26,409 nucleotides of DNA from Mogibacterium sp. (GTDB taxonomy: Bacteria > Bacillota > Clostridia > Peptostreptococcales > Anaerovoracaceae), in NCBI GenBank assembly GCA_021442505.1, contig JABUTC010000001.1, forward strand, positions 1-26,409. Direction: 5' to 3'. Numbering within the stretch: position 1 is the stretch's first letter; each line of letters starts with the position of its first letter. Of the stretch, positions 1 through 7,753 are shown one piece after another. The position numbers and the translations under genes were made by a program. Below the pieces are notes generated by a model. The model made no database searches, was not told the DNA's origin, and saw nothing but the letters and a program-made list of their open reading frames with translations.

Positions 1-11
1 AAATATCCTTT

Positions 12-3000
12 CTAATTAACGTAATATACCGTTGCATTTGGAGCACCCCACTTGTCTGGGGTGTCATAGCCAGAAGGCCATAGATTTTCAACTTCTTTTG
101 GAAGGGTTATTGACTTCAAACCGGTACAACAATCGTTCGTAGGTCCAAATATAGGACCTAGTTCATTTATATTGTTTGGTGTAGAGTCTGACGGCAAATT
201 CCATTTAATAAAAGACTTACCAAGTTGATTTAGAGTCTCTCCATCGTCCGTAAACTTCCAAGATCGGAAGGATATAGCTTCTAAGGATGTGCATCCTTTA
301 AACATACCGTTTACCCAACGTAGAGAATTTGTATCCCAGTTTTCTATGCCGTCGATCTTAGTTAACTTACTTTGTCCTTCGCACATACAAATCGTATTGT
401 AAAGATTTTCAGTTGAATTGAAATCTAGATCGAGCTCTTCGAGTTTAACTACATTCCCTGATTGAGTTGAATAGTTTTGGAATGCTCTATTTAGAGAGCT
501 AATAAGCCTTCCTCCTGGAGTACCCTTTATAGATCTTACATAACGGAAATCTACGCCTGTTGGAAGTTTTCCAGCAAACCAAGAGTAATTATGCACTGGA
601 ATATTGTCGTTCCAAACTATTGACGTTGGAGATTTGCTAGATGTATAAATATTCGGTTGATTCATCCATCTAGGCCAAGCAGCACTGTCCCAACCAAAAC
701 CAGATCCATTAGGACTGCTTCCTACCGCCATATTCCAAAGATCTGAATACCACCAAATAGATTGATATTTTGTAAATTTATCATAATCATCTTTGTATCC
801 GCCGTATATAGCTATAGGATAGTGGGTTGATGTTATAGAACTTTCAGGAAAGTCCCAACTAAATTCCATAACTCTATCGTTAAACAGCACCGCATATGGT
901 CTCCAATAACGAAAGTCTGGAAATTCAGATGTGTCGTTGGCATTATACGGATAATCAGTTCCAGCTCCGAAATATATATTAGCTGATTCAGCTCCCCATG
1001 GGTACTGATTTGCTACTTCTGGATTGTTTTTACATCTACCAGAAATATAGATAGAAGTAATTCCAGAATCAGAAAAAGCATTGTCTGAAATATAAGGAAT
1101 TTTCTTATCTGAAGAATCTACAGAATATTTATTCCTGCCTTTACCGATAAATATAGCTCTGTCTTCATGCTGCTTGCCTAATGTGAATACTAATGATCCT
1201 CTTCCCGGAAGGTTATTTCCGCTCGATCCAGGTACAGTCGGTACAAATTTAACAATTCCTGTTTCCTCATAAGGAGTTGTGCTAGAAGATCTATATATAG
1301 AATTGCATTGGAATTTATATTCGTCTCCTTCGCTTACGATATCACCGTCATAAGAAACTGCAAGCCATCTAAAAGATCCATAAGGTGTGAACCCCTCTTG
1401 CATGGTCGAACGTTGCATTTCAGCTTCATATTCTATATGAGAATATTCACCAAGACGATTATATACACCAAACATAGGACTACCATCATATTGATGGAAT
1501 CTGAAATTTCCTGGAAGATTATTTGATGTACAGGTGTTTGAAAATATTTGTAGATTACCAAATAAACGAACCAAAGCACCATATTGCGTTAAAACGGTCC
1601 AAGTCGTCAAACCTATACCATAATTTCCACTTGTTTCATGATTATGATGTATTCTAGGAAAATGAATTCTATCAGATAGATCCTTATTGCCAAGATCGTA
1701 ATGCATATTATAGATGCCCGCATCATATCCAAATACACTATGCGATTTAGCTTTATTTTGGTAAATATCCACGTCCCCAGAAACCTCAAGCCAACAATGG
1801 TCTAACGTTTGGCAAAATACTCCGCCAGTGTCGCCAGCTTCATTATGATGGATTTTAATACCTTGACTAGACGACAAATTCTTATCGTATTTGAGTCTAA
1901 CGTACGTACCCGACTTAGCAGAATTATTATAATAGCTAAAACCAACCACTCCGCCGTGCCCAGCTTTATTATTATAAAACTCACCGCCATAAATATCATA
2001 GTAAGTATCGTATGCTCTTTCAAGAGGTTTTTCTATTCCTAGAAAGCCTCCTCGGGAATTAGTATTATTACCATTATAGATTTTTATTTCGTTATTATAA
2101 TACTTACCACCATAAATTTCTAAACGATGGCCTGCTCTAGCTAACCAAAATGCGCCAGCTCCATTGGAAGGATTATCATCCCCTACGAGAGTGATGGCTC
2201 CACCAAGATGCATTCCAATATTTCCGAAATCATTATAATTTATACAATCATGAATTTTGCATCCTTCGTGAAGCAACAAAACGCTATGCCCATCCAGACA
2301 CGCAAACCCGCCAGAATTCGATGCATAGCAGTGATGAATATCCGCGTTCCATACATCGATTCTAGCTAAAGATCCATTCACGGAATATAAAGCACCCCAA
2401 TAGGGCATATGATATAGACTAATAGATTTAGTTCCAAGATTATAAATCTCTGGACCAGGAGTCTCTGTATCCTTCCATTTACCTAAAGAAAGTCTACAAT
2501 ATGAATACGATTTCTGAAAAGAAGCGAGCGTTCCCCTTGCGTACCAAATGCTATTTTGATCTGTAGTATGCCACCCACCTTCGTTATAAATCTTTCCAGA
2601 TTCATACTGAATAACATGGTTTGGCTTATTAAAACAAAATATAGAATGCATCAGTCCATTGTTCACAAAGGACTGACAATCATTATCATGAATGTCGCAA
2701 TCACGGAATATCCATTCAGAACTTCCGCTACCACAACTATCGCTTCCACAATAAAACTCTGGCCAAGCTCCATTACCATAATTTCCAGTAAATTCTATAT
2801 TCTCAAATAAAACATTAGCTATCGAATCAGTCCACAATATAGAATGATACCCTTTAGTGACTCTTCCTTTCAAATCCGCAGAAGATTTAAAGATAATACT
2901 TCCCTTCGATGCAGGACTGATTACAATACCTACCGCATGTGCACCTCTCTGGCCATCAGATGTGTTATTACAATCCCAAATACATCCATTGAGATCATAC

Positions 3001-3512
3001 TCAGTAATCGTATCTTTGTGATAAGCCAATAAGGCTCCTTCGGCGAAATTAGTATTTGGTTCATAAGCATACGCATAAGTCAACCGAGTCGATTCTGTTG
3101 ATTTTGGGAATTTTATTAAATAACGATATCCTTGTTTATCCTCTTTGTTTTGGTCAAGCAACCATCGATTAGCTTGCCCAGAATTATCGCCCATTTTCTC
3201 GAAATAATTAATCGAAATATAATCTCCATCGTTGAGATATCGTTTAGTTCCAATAATATACTTCGCGCTGCTCCACACAGCTTGAAATATAAACACTGTA
3301 GATTCAACATCCGTCAAATCAGCAGTAGCTCCAGGAGCATACGTCTGGCCATCATAACTCCATCCTTCGAATTTATAATTTTCATTGAAAAATGGGTCTT
3401 TTAGGTTTGCCAGCTGAGTTGGCATGGTAAATATCTTGTTTTGCTGGACTTTACGCTCTGGAAATACACCGGAGGTTTTTGCACCAGTAAAATCTGCTAC
3501 ATAATTAGCCAT
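12..3512 (-). CDS. Large tail fibre/adhesin-like protein (1166 aa): InlB B-repeat, parallel beta-helix, BspA/DUF285-like LRRs, WGA cap
   Basis: SD AAGGAG 5 nt before ATG; N-terminal YKFEGWSYDGQTYAPG..FQAVW (B-repeat); repeated N-x-A..GG motifs (YNNKAGHGGVV, HHNEAGDTGGVF, HLGGAI); LRRs ISDNAFSDSGITSI and WDTNSLRWVNGMFKGCTSLEAI; ends KWGAPNATVYYVN-TAG. Product is inferred. Confidence 0.75.
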   Translation of the reverse strand: MANYVADFTGAKTSGVFPERKVQQNKIFTMPTQLANLKDPFFNENYKFEGWSYDGQTYAPGATADLTDVESTVFIFQAVWSSAKYIIGTKRYLNDGDYISINYFEKMGDNSGQANRWLLDQNKEDKQGYRYLIKFPKSTESTRLTYAYAYEPNTNFAEGALLAYHKDTITEYDLNGCIWDCNNTSDGQRGAHAVGIVISPASKGSIIFKSSADLKGRVTKGYHSILWTDSIANVLFENIEFTGNYGNGAWPEFYCGSDSCGSGSSEWIFRDCDIHDNDCQSFVNNGLMHSIFCFNKPNHVIQYESGKIYNEGGWHTTDQNSIWYARGTLASFQKSYSYCRLSLGKWKDTETPGPEIYNLGTKSISLYHMPYWGALYSVNGSLARIDVWNADIHHCYASNSGGFACLDGHSVLLLHEGCKIHDCINYNDFGNIGMHLGGAITLVGDDNPSNGAGAFWLARAGHRLEIYGGKYYNNEIKIYNGNNTNSRGGFLGIEKPLERAYDTYYDIYGGEFYNNKAGHGGVVGFSYYNNSAKSGTYVRLKYDKNLSSSQGIKIHHNEAGDTGGVFCQTLDHCWLEVSGDVDIYQNKAKSHSVFGYDAGIYNMHYDLGNKDLSDRIHFPRIHHNHETSGNYGIGLTTWTVLTQYGALVRLFGNLQIFSNTCTSNNLPGNFRFHQYDGSPMFGVYNRLGEYSHIEYEAEMQRSTMQEGFTPYGSFRWLAVSYDGDIVSEGDEYKFQCNSIYRSSSTTPYEETGIVKFVPTVPGSSGNNLPGRGSLVFTLGKQHEDRAIFIGKGRNKYSVDSSDKKIPYISDNAFSDSGITSIYISGRCKNNPEVANQYPWGAESANIYFGAGTDYPYNANDTSEFPDFRYWRPYAVLFNDRVMEFSWDFPESSITSTHYPIAIYGGYKDDYDKFTKYQSIWWYSDLWNMAVGSSPNGSGFGWDSAAWPRWMNQPNIYTSSKSPTSIVWNDNIPVHNYSWFAGKLPTGVDFRYVRSIKGTPGGRLISSLNRAFQNYSTQSGNVVKLEELDLDFNSTENLYNTICMCEGQSKLTKIDGIENWDTNSLRWVNGMFKGCTSLEAISFRSWKFTDDGETLNQLGKSFIKWNLPSDSTPNNINELGPIFGPTNDCCTGLKSITLPKEVENLWPSGYDTPDKWGAPNATVYYVN

Positions 3513-3521
3513 ATCAACTCC

Positions 3522-4619
3522 TTAGTTAAATACTCCATCAAAAGCATTATCCTCAATTCGATCTATAACAGGAAAGAATATCTCTCGAGCCTTTGGATAA
3601 ATAGTAGTTTCTCCTTCGCAAGAGCACTTTCCAATCTCAAACTTACCTAAATTCTTTGAGTCAGAAAATGCGTATTGACCAAGCTCTTTAAGCTTCCAAA
3701 AATAATTGTGATTGTAGTACAAAGAATTAGTAGTCCAAATAGGATATACATAATCGAGTTTGTCACACCCGCTTAAGGCAGAATCTCCAATATACTCAAC
3801 ATTCGCCAAATATCGATCTACAAACTTATCACAATTTAGAAAAGTTCCATCGCCAATATACTGTAATGGAGAATCGCTACCAAATTTTTCATTCTCATTA
3901 GTTCTTGCATCTAATACTCCAGTAATAGTTTCCAAATTTATACAATTCTCAAACGGAGACATTGTATTAGATTCTAAAACCTTTAATTTCGGAGCCACAA
4001 CTTCCTTTAGAGAAGTACAAGAATTAAATGCTCCTGAGTGAATTGTGGTTGTCTCGTTCAAATATACAAACTCTATTGAAGAACAATGATTAAACATCTG
4101 TTTTGGAATCTCGGTTTCCTTTTCGAGATGAATCCCGATGGATTCGGCAGTACCGACATGCTTTAAATTTGTACATCCATTAAACTGCAGACCATCTTGA
4201 TCAAATATAACGTCCGCAGCCAGTATAACCCTCTCGAGAGAACTGCATTCAGAAAATGCACGATCTCCAACTTTTTTAGCATTTGGAAAATTCGCAGTAG
4301 GTCCGAAAGATATACATCCCCAGAAACACTTATCGCCAATTTCTTTAATCTGAACGCAATCCACAGATTCTAACTGCGTACAATCCGCAAAGACAGAAGT
4401 TCCAAGCTTGGTAATAAGCTCGTCGTCTTTAAAATGTTGAATTGTTCCAGATATAATCTTTCCAAGAGCTTCCGTATCGAAAGTTCCGTTAATGATCTGC
4501 CCTGTAGAGTCTGTGGCAGAAGTATTCTGAGCCAAATATGCTTTTGAAACCGTTTGGCTTCGAATATCCATAATTACTTTACCATGTTCAGTGGTAAATT
4601 TAGCTACAGTTTCTGCCAT
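3522..4619 (-). CDS. BspA-type leucine-rich repeat (LRR_5-like) protein, 365 aa, putative tail-associated adhesin
   Basis: About 10 repeats such as IGDKCFWGCISF, VGDRAFSECSSLERV, IHSGAFNSCTSLKEV, IGDGTFLNC. Start moved from 4640 to ATG 4619 (MAETV) because AAGGAG lies 6 nt upstream. Confidence 0.85.
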   Translation of the reverse strand: MAETVAKFTTEHGKVIMDIRSQTVSKAYLAQNTSATDSTGQIINGTFDTEALGKIISGTIQHFKDDELITKLGTSVFADCTQLESVDCVQIKEIGDKCFWGCISFGPTANFPNAKKVGDRAFSECSSLERVILAADVIFDQDGLQFNGCTNLKHVGTAESIGIHLEKETEIPKQMFNHCSSIEFVYLNETTTIHSGAFNSCTSLKEVVAPKLKVLESNTMSPFENCINLETITGVLDARTNENEKFGSDSPLQYIGDGTFLNCDKFVDRYLANVEYIGDSALSGCDKLDYVYPIWTTNSLYYNHNYFWKLKELGQYAFSDSKNLGKFEIGKCSCEGETTIYPKAREIFFPVIDRIEDNAFDGVFN

Positions 4620-4629
4620 AATATGCTCC

Positions 4630-5538
4630 TTATACATCATCGCAAGCGATGTTAATTGTCAAACCACCAGCTTCGTTCTCGATTTCTACATATGGAATTG
4701 GTTCTACAGTAATATCGTCGCTACACATCTTTCCTTCGGTTTCTAAATCTATATCGGTAGGCATTGGGAATACGTCGTATGGCCCATCATAATATTCAGC
4801 CGAACCACTATAATGCAGCACAACCGTTGCATCTGCACCCCAAGGAGATCCGTCGGATCCTGGGATAGCAGGCTCAGGCCATGGAATCCAAATGTCAGTT
4901 AAGGTATCACATCCAACAAAAGCCCAAGAATCTATATCAATTTTGCTAGATCCTTCGGGCAATTCCATATGGATTTCCTTTAGTCCAACTAATCCATCTA
5001 TAGCATACGCTTTTATCGAAGCTTCTTGAATTGTTAGCGAATTAATAGTATTAGGATTTCGTTCGATATAATCTATGTAAGTTTGCACATCCATAGATCC
5101 GCCGATCTTAATACCTGTTCGATCGTATGCCGTTTTGTCTTGTGCAAGTGTTTCTTTGGTAACCGTCAAGGGTCTAAGATCTATAGGATTTCCATCAGGA
5201 TAAATGTAATCTCCATATACAGGAATTCTCGTATCAGGATCAAATCCTATAAGTTCTCTTCTTGGAAAGCTGACCATATTATACACTTGCCATTTGGGCA
5301 AGAAACTTGTGTCTTTAGTCAGATTAAAAGAATCTCCAGGTTGATACAATTCTGTATCTTCTGAAGAATCATACCATCCGAGAAAAGCATATGGATAGTG
5401 CGAAATGTTCCATGGGTCTTCGTCCGTAGACAACGGAAGAATGTAGTCACCCGCTGGAACATCTTTAGTAGCACCATCATATGGAAGGCGTCCGGATTCA
5501 TCTAAATATCCGTTAAAAGCAAAGTTTACTTTTGGCAT
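4630..5538 (-). CDS. Accessory tail protein (302 aa): InlB B-repeat, short LRR, PWGA cap, C-terminal ITVEPIPY..NEAGG motif
   Basis: SD AAGGAGG 6 nt before ATG, TAATG coupling with the upstream gene; YAFLGWY..LYQPGDSFNLTKDTSFLPKW; IDSWAFVGCDTLTDIWI; GSPWGADATV. Confidence 0.75.
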   Translation of the reverse strand: MPKVNFAFNGYLDESGRLPYDGATKDVPAGDYILPLSTDEDPWNISHYPYAFLGWYDSSEDTELYQPGDSFNLTKDTSFLPKWQVYNMVSFPRRELIGFDPDTRIPVYGDYIYPDGNPIDLRPLTVTKETLAQDKTAYDRTGIKIGGSMDVQTYIDYIERNPNTINSLTIQEASIKAYAIDGLVGLKEIHMELPEGSSKIDIDSWAFVGCDTLTDIWIPWPEPAIPGSDGSPWGADATVVLHYSGSAEYYDGPYDVFPMPTDIDLETEGKMCSDDITVEPIPYVEIENEAGGLTINIACDDV

Positions 5539-5822
5539 TAGTGCCCTCCTTCATATGTATCCTTTATCTCATACCACGTACTTAACTCGGTTTTATCAAT
5601 ATCTTTGATTTTGTAAAAATGTTCATTGTCGTTAGTAAGCAAATATCCATCTGAAGCAACCAAACGATACCAAGCATTCTTATAATCAACCATAGGCCCT
5701 GGTTTTTCAGTGGTCACTACTAGATAGCCATCCTTCATGTATTTGTACAATTGAAGAACTTCAAAGTTTTTTTCCATTTTGAATGTTTTTTGCGATTTAG
5801 CAATTTCATTCCGCAAGCTCAT
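5538..5822 (-). CDS. Small tail-fibre-associated hypothetical protein (94 aa)
   Basis: SD GGAGG 6 nt before ATG 5822 (MSLRNE), preferred over 5840; WYRLVASDGYLLTN..WYEI resembles small proteins I recall beside LRR fibres in gut phages (not verified). Confidence 0.65.
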   Translation of the reverse strand: MSLRNEIAKSQKTFKMEKNFEVLQLYKYMKDGYLVVTTEKPGPMVDYKNAWYRLVASDGYLLTNDNEHFYKIKDIDKTELSTWYEIKDTYEGGH

Positions 5823-7041
5823 CGAGGACCTCCACTTCATGACCAGTCTGTTGATACTGAATAGGATTCAGCCACACACCAGACTTTGGTTTTAAGAATT
5901 GTTGCGCTTCGAACATCGGAACTCGTGGAACAGCTGAGTATGGAATGCCAACTCCTTCTCCTTGAGTATCAGAGATGTCGCAAACGTATCCAGTTCCGTA
6001 TTCATTTGCTACTGGATCGAACTTAATCGGCTTAACGGTAACGCTAGATAGAACTTTATACTCGTCAGGCTTCTTAACGTATTTGTGATTGCAACTTCCT
6101 TGCACTTCGATCGCAATTTCGCCCGACCCACCACTGTCAGTATACCATAGATTTGGATTTGGTGTATCGATTACGGAGGCAATTAGATAAAGTTGCTCTC
6201 CTGTTTCAGGATCTATGACATCATGAACCAGAATGTAGCCTTCCTTTGCGTAAATACGATACCAATTTCCTCTGAAACCTTGTACTGGTTGAGTCATTGG
6301 CATAATTTCCATTTCGCCAGTTTCTGGATCTTCTTGCCTCTGAACTATTGCTTCTACACGATTAAGATCTTCATTAAACGAATACTCAACTTCGAAATAA
6401 TCGATATTATCGTCTGGCTCTATAAGCTGTTGAGCTTCTGGAATCTCTGGTGGATCTACTTCACCCCAAGGATAATATACGTTTGTCTTCAAAGCGCCCC
6501 ATGGTGCTCCAGTAACATATAATTCTGGTCCAGGAAGCAAAGCAGTGGCTTCGTCATACTTGAAAGGAACGTATAAATCCTTAATATCCCAGCATCCTTC
6601 AAGCAAACCTTTATTAAGAGTCCAACTAAGCTTAGCATTGTAGTTTGTAGGCTCCCAACTAGATATATCAAGTTCTGCTGTAGGATCAGTTCTATAATTT
6701 CTAACCAAATTACCAAACGCATCTCTAAACATAGAGGCCACTGAGGTAGCATTAATGGTTTTAAAATTAAGAGCTTCTAATACATCGTGAATGTTACTCG
6801 CGATTGGAGGTTCAGACTTAGTCAAGTCTATCTGATCAAACCAATATGCGGCTGCTCTAGGCTCTACTGTTCCTTCGAAAACGATGCGATCAATAAACTC
6901 TCGCTCGTTATGCCAAGGAACCTCTGAGGCAGACATGTATTCTTTGGTAAGCCATTCTCCTCCATACAATACTGGATATTCTGGTTCAGGCTTATTTACT
7001 CGATTACTATTGCCTGCTTTGGTTCTTTTTTCTTTAGCCAT
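5806..7041 (-). CDS. Accessory tail protein (411 aa) with a DUF285/BspA-like LRR segment and PWGA cap
   Basis: SD GGAGG 6 nt before ATG; VPWHNEREFIDRIVFEGTVEP..YWF, ATSVASMFRD, LDISSW, GAPWGALKTNVYY; C-terminal LSSVTVKPI motif. Confidence 0.7.
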   Translation of the reverse strand: MAKEKRTKAGNSNRVNKPEPEYPVLYGGEWLTKEYMSASEVPWHNEREFIDRIVFEGTVEPRAAAYWFDQIDLTKSEPPIASNIHDVLEALNFKTINATSVASMFRDAFGNLVRNYRTDPTAELDISSWEPTNYNAKLSWTLNKGLLEGCWDIKDLYVPFKYDEATALLPGPELYVTGAPWGALKTNVYYPWGEVDPPEIPEAQQLIEPDDNIDYFEVEYSFNEDLNRVEAIVQRQEDPETGEMEIMPMTQPVQGFRGNWYRIYAKEGYILVHDVIDPETGEQLYLIASVIDTPNPNLWYTDSGGSGEIAIEVQGSCNHKYVKKPDEYKVLSSVTVKPIKFDPVANEYGTGYVCDISDTQGEGVGIPYSAVPRVPMFEAQQFLKPKSGVWLNPIQYQQTGHEVEVLDELAE

Positions 7042-7751
7042 GGTTCTCCTCCGAAATATAAATAGAATGGATTCTTAGGAGCTTTTATTGGAGAATATAT
7101 AACTTCATTTCTCATATTAATACGGTTACATTTCAAACTAAAATCTTGCTTTTCAGCAGATCGATTTTTCACGCTTCCGCATAATACAATTTCTTTCTTT
7201 TTAGTAAAACCAAGAAATATGAATTTTGTGATTTCCCCATTAACCCTAAAATATGTGTAATCACCTGGATGTAAATCGCGATACCTAGAATATTCCAAAT
7301 GATTAAGCGCCTCATCAACCGAAATATAGCTTTGTCTATGCAGCTTTAGAACGTTCTCTATCTTTTCTCCTTCATATATGCCCATCAATGACATATAGTC
7401 TTTAGAATATACAGATTCATCCTGTGCAACTCGAATAACAAAACTTTCTGTCTTATTTACCTGTAAAACCAACACTCGAGCGCCGATTACAACGTTCTGC
7501 AAATATGGTTGTAAATATGCTAAATATTCACTAGAATCCGTCGCTCCGCTAACTCTAACCCATACCGTTCCAGGTTCGCAAACTCTAGGCAAATATTGAC
7601 CTGAATGTTCTGGATCAGGATCTCGATCGCTTGTTGCGGTGATTAATCCCCAGAAATAACGGGGGTATGGTTCTTTCTTATTTTGGAATAGTATTTTTCC
7701 AAGTCTTTGATAAAGATTATACTCATTTGGTTTAATCTCGGTATTGTCCAT
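6996..7751 (-). CDS. Hypothetical baseplate/tail-tip protein (251 aa), probable N-terminal OB-fold-like domain
   Basis: SD AAGGAG 7 nt before ATG; position directly after Tal; VWVRVSG..LAYL..IGARVLVLQV pattern. Function is inferred. Confidence 0.55.
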   Translation of the reverse strand: MDNTEIKPNEYNLYQRLGKILFQNKKEPYPRYFWGLITATSDRDPDPEHSGQYLPRVCEPGTVWVRVSGATDSSEYLAYLQPYLQNVVIGARVLVLQVNKTESFVIRVAQDESVYSKDYMSLMGIYEGEKIENVLKLHRQSYISVDEALNHLEYSRYRDLHPGDYTYFRVNGEITKFIFLGFTKKKEIVLCGSVKNRSAEKQDFSLKCNRINMRNEVIYSPIKAPKNPFYLYFGGEPWLKKKEPKQAIVIE

Positions 7752-7753
7752 TA

